From Candidatus Zambryskiibacteriota bacterium (GTDB taxonomy: Bacteria > Patescibacteriota > Minisyncoccia > Phycocordibacterales > WO2-35-19): a stretch of 64,000 nt of DNA. Of this stretch, positions 28,227 through 36,481 are shown one piece after another. A program made the position numbers and the translations under genes. Below the pieces are notes generated by a model, which made no database searches, was not told the origin of the DNA, and saw only the letters and a program-made list of their open reading frames with translations. The DNA is taken from the NCBI GenBank assembly GCA_048499675.1, contig JASNZL010000005.1, forward strand, positions 7,386 to 71,385, in the 5' to 3' direction. Each line of letters starts with the position of its first letter. Position 1 is the stretch's first letter.

Positions 28227-29174
28227 TTATGGTTTTAAAGTAGTTATAGGTCTTGCTTGCAGAAGCTTAAATCTGCCGTTTTCTGTTGCCCATTCGATAT
28301 CAACCGGATATCCAAAAACTTTTTCAATTTGCAAAACCAATTCTGCAAGTTCTATAATTTCGTTATCAGACAGAACTTGTTTTTCACCTGTTTCTTTTAG
28401 TATTTCGCGCCATTCATTTCCACCTCTTTCTGCACGATAAAGACCTTTTGTTTGAATCTGAATATTCTTATCAATAATCCGCACTGACTGTTTTTCTGCC
28501 ACATAGGTATCCGGTGTAACTTGTCCGGATACGATGGGCTCACCCAATCCGAATCCCGCCTCTATGATAAGTTGATTTCTATCTTGCGTTATTGGATGAA
28601 CAGAAAAAGCGATACCCGACCTATCGCTTTCAACCATTTTTTGGATCACTATAGCGATGGATAGTGCCGAGTCATTTAGGTTTTTCTGAAAACGGTAAAA
28701 GATAGCACGGGGAGCAAATAATGAAGCCCAACATCTTCTGATATTTTCCAACAGATTTTCTTCTGTGGTGTTTAGGTAACTTTCAAGCTGCCCAGCCCAC
28801 GCTGCATTTGTTGAATCTTCAGCGGTAGCCGAAGAACGAACAGCGACATATTTTGAATCAAGGTCCTTGAAAGACCTTTTGATTTCATCAGCAATATCTT
28901 CCGGTATTTCAGCTCCAAATATTAAAGCTTGGATTTTTTCAGAAACATTCTCAATCGTGTGTATTTCTTTGTGATTAACAGAAGCTAGCGCAGCGTCAAT
29001 TTCCACATTCAAATCAGTTTCTTTTAGAAAATTCTCAAAGGCAGTTGTAAGTACGACAAAACCAGATGGAACTGGTATTCCTGCTTTTGTCATTTCTCCG
29101 AGCGAAGCGCCTTTACCTCCGGCAAGAGCAACATCGTTCCTACTGATTTTTTCAATTGATTGTATAAACTCCAT
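28227..29174 (-). CDS. PEP/pyruvate-binding ATP-grasp domain protein (PPDK_N-like); N-terminal half of a rifampin-phosphotransferase/PEP-synthase-like kinase.
   Basis: N-terminal ALAGGKGASLGEM. Confidence 0.6.
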   Translation of the reverse strand: MEFIQSIEKISRNDVALAGGKGASLGEMTKAGIPVPSGFVVLTTAFENFLKETDLNVEIDAALASVNHKEIHTIENVSEKIQALIFGAEIPEDIADEIKRSFKDLDSKYVAVRSSATAEDSTNAAWAGQLESYLNTTEENLLENIRRCWASLFAPRAIFYRFQKNLNDSALSIAIVIQKMVESDRSGIAFSVHPITQDRNQLIIEAGFGLGEPIVSGQVTPDTYVAEKQSVRIIDKNIQIQTKGLYRAERGGNEWREILKETGEKQVLSDNEIIELAELVLQIEKVFGYPVDIEWATENGRFKLLQARPITTLKP

Positions 29175-29271
29175 GAGACATTTATGATTTTATCAAATTT
29201 ACGCTTAGTCTCATAATTCACCAAACAGATCAAGCCTCCATCTCCAAAAAAGATTGTGCTAAAATACACCC

Positions 29272-29757
29272 ATGATCATCTTCCTCAACGGTTCCATAAA
29301 TGCGGGCAAGAGCACGGTGGCGAGACTCTTGGCAAAAGAACTGCCGAATGTAGCACTTGTGGAGATTGACGCTTTGCGCGAGATGATTGCTTGGATGCCG
29401 ATTGACGAGACGGTGCCTATTAATCTCGAGAATGCCGTATCGCTCATCCGCAATTTCGTCAAAAGAGGTTTGAATGTCATCGTCCCATACCCGCTCTCGG
29501 AGAAAAACTATCACTATGTGATGGAAGGATTGAAAGACCTGGGTGCGGTAATACACGTCTTCACGCTTGCGCCGAGTATGGAGGCGGCACAAGCCAATCG
29601 AGGCGAAAGAGAAATCACCATGCAGGAGCGAGAACGGATCAAATATCACTACGACATCGGCATACACAGCCCCTCGTTCGGGGAAGTGATAGACAATACC
29701 GACCAAAGTCCGGAGGAAACAGCGAGGTATATTCTTGAGCGCCTCAAAATTCTTTGA
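29272..29757 (+). CDS. Chloramphenicol phosphotransferase-like (CPT family) P-loop kinase.
   Basis: MIIFLNGSINAGKST...IDALREMIAWMP resembles the CPT N-terminus; about 160 aa. Confidence 0.5.
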   Translation: MIIFLNGSINAGKSTVARLLAKELPNVALVEIDALREMIAWMPIDETVPINLENAVSLIRNFVKRGLNVIVPYPLSEKNYHYVMEGLKDLGAVIHVFTLAPSMEAAQANRGEREITMQERERIKYHYDIGIHSPSFGEVIDNTDQSPEETARYILERLKIL

Positions 29758-30040
29758 CAATCTTTTTAGTCACGGCATCCACAAAAAGTCGAAACGTAGG
29801 CCTGTTTTCTTTTTCATACAACATCCTTATCCCAAGCACATGCCCTTTTGGGCAGGCAAATTCTTTCCCGCTCGTCTCGACTGCTGGCTCATTGATACGA
29901 TCAATGTACATGCGGCGCAAATGTCCCGGTCCGTCTTTTTGATAGAAGCAAATGAAGGCGTTGCATTTTCTACAGCGGATATCCAAAAAACGTGAATAGC
30001 CGCCCCGAGATTTCTTATATTTATCGTTCTTTATTTTCAT
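29744..30040 (-). CDS. Small Zn-ribbon hypothetical protein.
   Basis: CRKCNAF...CPKGH four-Cys/His pattern. Confidence 0.3.
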   Translation of the reverse strand: MKIKNDKYKKSRGGYSRFLDIRCRKCNAFICFYQKDGPGHLRRMYIDRINEPAVETSGKEFACPKGHVLGIRMLYEKENRPTFRLFVDAVTKKIVKEF

Positions 30041-30602
30041 AGATTCGAATAAAGTCTTCTTGGTCTTTTAGTCTTCCTTCTATAACCGCATCATAAATTT
30101 CTTGACTGACCATCGGCAACTTGTTTCGATTGCGATATTCTTTACAAGAGAGAATAAGAGACCGTTGTTCTGCTGAAAGATTCGCCATCCGCGTATCGTT
30201 TGCGGAACGTTTTTTGAATTCTTTTTCACTCACAAACCATACATCCACCTTCCAACGTTCCCCGTTGATTTTCTCTTTTAATCCGATATAGTATCCTTCC
30301 GGAAATTTCGCTCCTTTACGCGGATCATCCCAATCCCCGCCGATAAAGTAGCTACGGAATGTTCCCTTGAAATATAACGCCCTAAAGATTTCAAACACCT
30401 CCTCAACCGCATATGGCTTTTCACGAACCACAGAAATATCGATATCGCCATGCAACATGAGGTTGTATTTATACGCACCGGTGAAGTGTACCGTGCCGTA
30501 GCGTGAGAGATCGGCAATGAAGCCTGTCTTCGACAAGAGCTCATCGGCTTTCTGTTTCCATATATTGGTTGCGATTAGTATGTCGTCCGGTTTTCTATCC
30601 AT
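30021..30602 (-). CDS. Nucleotidyltransferase-fold protein (Pol-beta superfamily; ANT/Lnu-like).
   Basis: FTGAYKYNLMLHGDIDISV (G..10..DxD). Confidence 0.35.
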   Translation of the reverse strand: MDRKPDDILIATNIWKQKADELLSKTGFIADLSRYGTVHFTGAYKYNLMLHGDIDISVVREKPYAVEEVFEIFRALYFKGTFRSYFIGGDWDDPRKGAKFPEGYYIGLKEKINGERWKVDVWFVSEKEFKKRSANDTRMANLSAEQRSLILSCKEYRNRNKLPMVSQEIYDAVIEGRLKDQEDFIRIYENKER

Positions 30603-30625
30603 ATTGCTTCATTTATTCAGTTTTT

Positions 30626-31450
30626 TTATTCATTCTTACTTACACTTTCCCACCACTTCTCGAGCTTCGGCTTGTATCCTTCTTTCCACGATATCGGGAT
30701 CACGAAATCGTCCGACCACTTTTGGTATTCGCCGTGCAGGGTTTTTTCAAAAAGCTGTCTGTAGCAACTCATCCTATCGTCGATATTTTGGCTCGCGGAA
30801 TAACGGTGAAAAAGCGATCGGAAATCCGGGTCATTTTTCTCAAGGTACTTTATCGCCGTCTTTTCCCCACGCCATGGAATATCTCGGAAAGAGAAATAAG
30901 CGGTAATGAGTTCCATGGTGCTATAGAGCAGGCGCATTTCCAAAGCTTCCTGATATAACGTGTCATTCGAGTCATAGTAGCGAGAATTCGCGATGAAGTT
31001 GTAATTGATTTTGATCCAAAAGTCTTTTTTCTCCGCATCGGGAACTTTCTGCATCGGTGGTTTGCTCTTGATCTCCTGCTTCAAGTTTGCGAGTAGATTT
31101 TCATAGTCATATTCCACTTTGCCTTTCGAGAGCCATTCCAAAAACATTCCCTCAAAAGCATTGGAGAGAATTTCCTTTTTATCCCCCAATTTTTGGACAA
31201 AATCAGTATCAAAAAAGAATATATCGGCGAAATGATTTTCCGCCATTGTGTAAACCGATTTTATATCCTCGCTGTTCCTGTCAAGAACAACGACAAGGTC
31301 GATGTCACTCGAAGGAGAAAGGGATGTCGCGGTGGTACCGGTGGTGAAGATCCCCCTCACTCTTGGCGAGGCTTTCAATGTATCTATGAGTTTTTCTAAT
31401 TTCATCGTTCTGCTTATTTTATCAAATTTCCATTCAGTCTCATAATCCAT
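30626..31450 (-). CDS. Aminoglycoside-adenylyltransferase-like nucleotidyltransferase (ANT/AadA-like).
   Basis: GIFTTGTTATSLSPSSDIDLVVVL. The start is placed at the ATG overlapping the upstream stop (ATGGATTATGA). Confidence 0.5.
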   Translation of the reverse strand: MDYETEWKFDKISRTMKLEKLIDTLKASPRVRGIFTTGTTATSLSPSSDIDLVVVLDRNSEDIKSVYTMAENHFADIFFFDTDFVQKLGDKKEILSNAFEGMFLEWLSKGKVEYDYENLLANLKQEIKSKPPMQKVPDAEKKDFWIKINYNFIANSRYYDSNDTLYQEALEMRLLYSTMELITAYFSFRDIPWRGEKTAIKYLEKNDPDFRSLFHRYSASQNIDDRMSCYRQLFEKTLHGEYQKWSDDFVIPISWKEGYKPKLEKWWESVSKNE

Positions 31451-31760
31451 CAAATGGATCGAAATCAGCCATCTCCTCCGTGAGCTTCTCCATCTCCACG
31501 AGGACTTTGCGATAGATGGTTTTGATGCGTTCTTTGTCCGTTCCCTCAATCACAGCGTCGACATCTTCATCGGGCACAAACGAGGCGAGCGATATGTATG
31601 AACCCACCAGCAAGCGAACGCGCTCCTTGATGGCGCGCTTCAGCCGCTTCTTTGATTCGGGAAGGCGGGAAATGCGGTTAAGCAAAACCTTATCCGGCCT
31701 TTCGTGGAATCGGTAATGCTGCGCCTCTTTGATGACTTCCTCGATGTCGTCTCCCTGCAT
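31440..31760 (-). CDS. Small helical hypothetical protein, translationally coupled to the nucleotidyltransferase.
   Basis: 106-aa ORF; ATGA-type overlap. Confidence 0.35.
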   Translation of the reverse strand: MQGDDIEEVIKEAQHYRFHERPDKVLLNRISRLPESKKRLKRAIKERVRLLVGSYISLASFVPDEDVDAVIEGTDKERIKTIYRKVLVEMEKLTEEMADFDPFDGL

Positions 31761-32391
31761 GCTTCAAGGGATGACACTGATCGCTTGGGGAGGCAAGTTG
31801 GTAAGTCAAGGTGACACGTCAGCATAACCAGAAACATGTCACTTTGTGTCACATTCAGCTGCTAATATCCTGCATATTCACCAAATGAGACACCGAAAGA
31901 GGAGTTCTAAGGTGTGTCTCATTTGTCTCTGTCTCACCCTGCTCCTGGCAAAAGTGACACTCCAAAATGCCGTTTTCGTGTCACTTTTGTCACTTTTTGG
32001 GTGCCAGAAAATTGGCATTTGTTGGCATTTGAGACATAGCCTAATACCCCTTACCTATGTCCCATTCGTCTCAGAAAGAGACCCCGACCTAAGAGCGTCA
32101 GTGGCATGGGCGGAAAACGTCTCAAAAACGCTTACGGGGTCTCACTGTCCGGGCACCAGACCTAAGAGGTCAGCAAACGAGGGAAGCTCTGTTTGATGGG
32201 GAGAGCAAAGCAACAGTTTGCTTTGTGGACAGGGCTCGAAAACCTTGAGTATATTTTTGAAAAGCTTTGTTTAGAAAAAATACAAAAGGTGTACAGCGTC
32301 TGTAAGACGAGAGACCCCTGGCTCCCCAGCCAACTTCTCATGTGTTTCAGTTTATACTTGTCGCCTTATATTCCAAAATCTGTTATAATGT

Positions 32392-33129
32392 ATGTATATG
32401 AAAAACATAAAAATAATTGGGGTGGTTGTTGCCCTAGCAATAATTATTGGATTGGTTTGGTTTAATAGAGGTGGAGGAGAGCAACAAGTTTCAAGACTTG
32501 ATGTTGTTGATACTGCAAGAGGTTTTTATGATGAGTGGCTTCTTGCCTTGAAAGAACCAGAAACTGCAGAGCCGAATATAAAGACTTTGGCCAAGTCTCC
32601 TATTTTGAGCAAAGAGCTTAGAGACAAGATTAAAAAAGCGCAAAAGAACGAAGAGGTAGATCCTGTTTTGTGTCAAACTACTGTGCCGGAAGAAATTTCT
32701 ATGAGAAGAGTTTATTTGAGTGAAGAGGAAGTACAAATGCTTGTCACATCAAAAGACACAAATGTTACCGAGCAAGCTCTTGTTGTATTAAAAAGTTTAA
32801 ACGAAGGATGGTATATAAATGATATAAGGTGTTCGCTTGGAGAGTTTGCACCAGAGAGAGAATTTAGTTTTGAAAAAGAAGGATTCTTGCTGAAAGATTC
32901 TGTCCCAGCTCCTTATGACTCAAAAAATTGGCATTTGGTTTTTGAACAAGATGGACAAATGGGTCATGTAGTGCCACTTTTGTTTGATGGAGAGAGTGAG
33001 TGTACTAGTTTGGATGGAACTAAATCTACCTGTGACACAAGCACTTTTGCTGAAGCTCTAAAAGTTGTTGTTAAGAGTCAAATGACTGAAAGGGGGGCGG
33101 AAGTAAAGTATTTGGAGTTTGTTAAATAA
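32392..33129 (+). CDS. Membrane-anchored hypothetical protein.
   Basis: N-terminal TM IIGVVVALAIIIGLVWF; AT-rich host-like composition. Confidence 0.5.
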   Translation: MYMKNIKIIGVVVALAIIIGLVWFNRGGGEQQVSRLDVVDTARGFYDEWLLALKEPETAEPNIKTLAKSPILSKELRDKIKKAQKNEEVDPVLCQTTVPEEISMRRVYLSEEEVQMLVTSKDTNVTEQALVVLKSLNEGWYINDIRCSLGEFAPEREFSFEKEGFLLKDSVPAPYDSKNWHLVFEQDGQMGHVVPLLFDGESECTSLDGTKSTCDTSTFAEALKVVVKSQMTERGAEVKYLEFVK

Positions 33130-33176
33130 ATATCATTGAAGATTGTTGGGGTTTGATTTGTAAAAAATAAAAGAAG

Positions 33177-33209
33177 AGGGTCGGGCGAGTCTGTGACTCG
33201 CCCGACCTC
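33177..33209 (-). terminator. Rho-independent terminator for the minus-strand gene 33215-33529, possibly bidirectional.
   Basis: GGGTCGGGCGAGTC-tgt-GACTCGCCCGACC, with a T-run on the minus strand. Confidence 0.55.
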
Positions 33210-33214
33210 TGATT

Positions 33215-33529
33215 TCAGATATTGAACTGCTCTTTGGCTTCCTTTCGCCCCTTGAAGCGCATTTTGGCGGAGACGCTCCGCATCTCCTCGGTGAGGGCCC
33301 GCCTCTGCTCGAGGAGAGGGTTGAGTACGTCTGTCTCAAAGTTGATGATTTTCGAGACGAGTCCAATTCTCATATAGTTGGAGTCTTCATCATCCCGATC
33401 GCCGAGATCGGCGAGTTTTTTGTTTTGGACTCTCTGGAATTCGAGGACCCCGATTATTCGGTTCTCGATTTTTTGGATCTGGGCAGAGATCCACACAATT
33501 CTCTCAACTCGCGCTTCCTTTTTGGTCAT
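33215..33529 (-). CDS. Hypothetical protein (GC-rich islet).
   Basis: 104-aa ORF ending at the terminator. Confidence 0.35.
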   Translation of the reverse strand: MTKKEARVERIVWISAQIQKIENRIIGVLEFQRVQNKKLADLGDRDDEDSNYMRIGLVSKIINFETDVLNPLLEQRRALTEEMRSVSAKMRFKGRKEAKEQFNI

Positions 33530-33618
33530 CTTGACCTCCTTACTATATTATACCAAATTTGGAGAAAAAAAGCAAGTTTTTTGTTGGGTCAAAATGTATT
33601 AAGAACTTGTGTTAAAAT

Positions 33619-34128
33619 TTGATTATGGAAATAAAATCTAAAATGGTAAATAGGTTGGGTCAGGATTTGGACCTTATATATTATGAAGGACTTAATCCAA
33701 ATGAGAATTTAGAAGGTAAAATATTGCAAGCGGTTCATGGTTTTTGTTTTTATGGAGATAAGATTGTCATTGTTTTCGCTGAAGAAAAAGGATACTGGAC
33801 TTTTCCGGGCGGAGGAATAGAAATTGGAGAAACTTATGAGGAAGCAACAGTTCGTGAAGTTAGAGAAGAATCTAATATGAAAGTATCACATCAAGAACTA
33901 ATTGGATTTCAAGATATTTTTGAACCTGATAGGGTAGTCAGGCAAACTCGCTCTTTTTGTTTGGTTGAACCGTATGGAGAATTTGCAGGTGATCCTGATG
34001 GTGATATTACTGAAATAAAACTAATTGATCCGAAAGATATCAAAAAATATATTGATTGGAAAGAAATAGGAGATAGAATTATGAAAAGAGCGCTCCAAAT
34101 GAAAGAGGAGTATTACAGTAAGATTTAA
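33619..34128 (+). CDS. Nudix hydrolase (paralog B', about 70% identical to 11685-12188).
   Basis: FPGGGIEIGETYEEATVREVREESNM and EPYGEFAGDPDGDITEIKLIDPKD. Confidence 0.75.
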   Translation: MIMEIKSKMVNRLGQDLDLIYYEGLNPNENLEGKILQAVHGFCFYGDKIVIVFAEEKGYWTFPGGGIEIGETYEEATVREVREESNMKVSHQELIGFQDIFEPDRVVRQTRSFCLVEPYGEFAGDPDGDITEIKLIDPKDIKKYIDWKEIGDRIMKRALQMKEEYYSKI

Positions 34129-34143
34129 GCTAGAGATATATTA

Positions 34144-35133
34144 TTGTATTATTACAATATGGAAAATACTTTAGGGATTTTTATAATATTGCTTTTGGCT
34201 TCTGGATTCACTTCGGGAGTTGAAATTGCATATTTTTCTTTGAGCAGGGGTAGGGTGAGGAGTATGGTCACAAATGGATTAAGGTGGGCGAGTCTGGTTG
34301 AAAGATTAAAACAAAAACCAAAAAAACTTCTAATAACAATTCTTACAGCCAATAACCTTATAAATATTTTTGCTACTGCCGTTGCGACACAATACACACT
34401 TTCTCGTTTTGGTTCTAATGGGGTCGCTATTGCAACTGGGGTTGTGACTTTTCTCATTCTTACTTTTGGGGAAATAATGCCAAAAGCTTTTGCTCAAAGT
34501 TATGCTGAAAAAATAAGTCGGTATTCGTCTCCCATTGTCTTTGTGTTAGAAATTATTCTCTATCCCGTTGTTTTGTTTTTTAAAGGAATTATGAATATTT
34601 TTTCTTTTGGTAGTGAAAAACAATCAACCAAAATAGCTGAAGATGAGATTAGGTCACTTTTTCAAATTGGAGTAGAGGAGGGAACGCTTGAGAAAAACGA
34701 AAAGGAATTTGCAGAAAGATTGTTTAGGTTTAATGACTTGCTTGCAAACGCGGTTATGAAGCCACTCCAAGATGTTTTTATGTTGGACGGTAAATTAAAA
34801 ATAGAAGAGGTGCTCAAAATCATTATTGATTCTGGGTATTCCAGAGCTCCAGTTTTTGAAGGTAATTCTAAAAATATAGTAGGTATTGTTCATATAAAAG
34901 AAATTATTAAATCAGATATCGATCTCCACAAAACAGAGGATATATTGAGTATTGCAAAACCTGTCATTTCTGTGGATGAATACGAAATGCTCTCTGATGT
35001 TTTCAGACTTATGATAAGAAAACGAACACAGTTTGTTGTAGTAAGAAATAATTCGGGCGCTCCGGTTGGGATAGTAACTTTTGAAGATGTGATAGAAGAA
35101 CTCTTGGGGAAAATTTATGACGAGACTGATTAG
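34144..35133 (+). CDS. CNNM/HlyC/CorC-family transporter-associated protein (DUF21 plus CBS pair).
   Basis: N-terminal multi-TM region (GIFIILLLASGFTSGVEIAYFSL) and a C-terminal CBS-like region. Confidence 0.6.
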   Translation: MYYYNMENTLGIFIILLLASGFTSGVEIAYFSLSRGRVRSMVTNGLRWASLVERLKQKPKKLLITILTANNLINIFATAVATQYTLSRFGSNGVAIATGVVTFLILTFGEIMPKAFAQSYAEKISRYSSPIVFVLEIILYPVVLFFKGIMNIFSFGSEKQSTKIAEDEIRSLFQIGVEEGTLEKNEKEFAERLFRFNDLLANAVMKPLQDVFMLDGKLKIEEVLKIIIDSGYSRAPVFEGNSKNIVGIVHIKEIIKSDIDLHKTEDILSIAKPVISVDEYEMLSDVFRLMIRKRTQFVVVRNNSGAPVGIVTFEDVIEELLGKIYDETD

Positions 35134-35176
35134 ATAGTCTCAAACAAATTCTCAAAGATTTGAAGAAGTGTTAGAC

Positions 35177-35917
35177 CTATTCTAGAAATAAAAGTAGAGC
35201 CATAGAACCCACTCCAACAGCTATTGATACAAGTTGGAGAATAGATTGGCCAGTTTTGTTTGATTTTTGAAGTTCGGGTACGAGGTCTGATAGGGCAATA
35301 TATACAAAACCGCCAGAAGCGATAGGTATGAGAAACATTGTTATATTTTCTATATATTTGGAAATTGTAAATACAAACAAAACACCAACAATAGAGAATA
35401 GGGCAGAGATGAAATTGTAAAGCAGGGCTTTTGCTTTTGTGTAGCCCGAATGTATCAAAACACCAAAGTCACCAATTTCTTGAGGAATTTCGTGAATGAT
35501 GATTGCAAGTGTGGTTGCGATACCGATTTCTATACTCACAAGATAACTTGCTCCAATAATTAGACCGTCAATAAAATTGTGTATTCCATCAGAAAATAGA
35601 ATCATTTTGCCGACCGGGTGAGGATTTTTGCAATCAGTTTCGTGGTGGTGCCAGTGAAGAAACTTTTCAAGAATAAAGAAAATCAAAATACCTACAATTA
35701 CAAAAATTGAAACGAGGTTTTTGTTTTCAAATTCTTCGTAAGCTTCTGGAAGAAGGTGTAGGAATACATCTCCGAGAAGGGCTCCAACTGCGAGAGCAAC
35801 CAAAACAAAAACATACTTCTTTAATAGGTCCTCCCTTATAGAAATTGTAAGTGCTCCGATTAGTGAAATTAGGCTTACCAAAATGACACTTCCAAACGAA
35901 TAAATATATATTTCCAT
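35177..35917 (-). CDS. ZIP-family metal (zinc) transporter.
   Basis: HNFIDGLIIGASY and HEIPQEIGDFGVL motifs. Confidence 0.7.
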   Translation of the reverse strand: MEIYIYSFGSVILVSLISLIGALTISIREDLLKKYVFVLVALAVGALLGDVFLHLLPEAYEEFENKNLVSIFVIVGILIFFILEKFLHWHHHETDCKNPHPVGKMILFSDGIHNFIDGLIIGASYLVSIEIGIATTLAIIIHEIPQEIGDFGVLIHSGYTKAKALLYNFISALFSIVGVLFVFTISKYIENITMFLIPIASGGFVYIALSDLVPELQKSNKTGQSILQLVSIAVGVGSMALLLFLE

Positions 35918-36005
35918 ACAAATAATTGAGTTATAAAAAGTAATATATTAACAATGAAGAGTATAACATTTTTTTAAATTTCATATTATGGAGTATAATT
36001 GAAAT

Positions 36006-36272
36006 ATGAAAAAAAGTAGCGCTCACAGAATTGGTGTAATGTTGGAATTTTTTGTTTTTGGTGTACTTATTGGTATTACTGAGGATTTGCTTGCTATTAA
36101 ATTTGCAACTGACGCAGAAATTACATGGGATGTTATTTGGATTGTTGTACTAGTAGCAATACCTTTTGCAATTTTAGGGGAGCTGGTGGTGGATAATATA
36201 GATATGGGGAAGTATGTGGAGAAGTGGTTTGATAACAGTAAGAAAGTTCATAAAGGCGCAAGTAAAAAGTAA
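36006..36272 (+). CDS. Small membrane protein.
   Basis: 88 aa with two TM segments. Confidence 0.4.
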   Translation: MKKSSAHRIGVMLEFFVFGVLIGITEDLLAIKFATDAEITWDVIWIVVLVAIPFAILGELVVDNIDMGKYVEKWFDNSKKVHKGASKK

Positions 36273-36481
36273 AGCACAATACAAATATGCCTGCCCGCAA
36301 TGCTACCGCATAAGCGTTGCAGGTGGGCCAATGCGGTTGATAAAAAATTTAAAGTTGAAAAATCAAAATGTAAAATGGCAATTTGAAATACAAAATTATT
36401 ATTAGAAAAAGCCTTGGGATTAAGTTTTTTTACTTTTAATTTTGCATTGCAATTTTGATTTTTGACTTTTACATTTTTAAC

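Larger units (their letters stand above)
21170..32330. mobile_element. Putative integrated element of about 11 kb: large serine recombinase, an Abi-like gene and GC-rich cargo, bounded by two non-coding regions rich in GAGAC/GTCTC iterons.
   Basis: Recombinase gene. Abrupt switch from AT-rich to GC-rich composition from about 23.7 kb. Hairpin/iteron-rich ends at 21180-21280 and 31800-32330. CTTACGGGGTCT(t/c)ACT is present near both ends. Confidence 0.4.

Noticed and set aside
28222-28227. Treating the two PEP-enzyme ORFs as one frameshifted gene.
   Set aside because: Both ORFs have their own ATG and a 4-nt gap. Naturally split PEP-synthase-like pairs exist, so the call cannot be made from sequence alone; they are annotated as two CDS with a note.
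29230-29760. 176-aa minus-strand ORF.
   Set aside because: It is fully antisense to the CPT-like kinase gene, which has clear motifs, so it is a shadow ORF.
21300-32150. CTTACGGGGTCT(t/c)ACT shared between both ends of the element as an att core.
   Set aside because: A 15/16 match of this length is within chance expectation for a 64-kb window on two strands. It is kept only as weak supporting evidence inside the element finding, not as a called att site.
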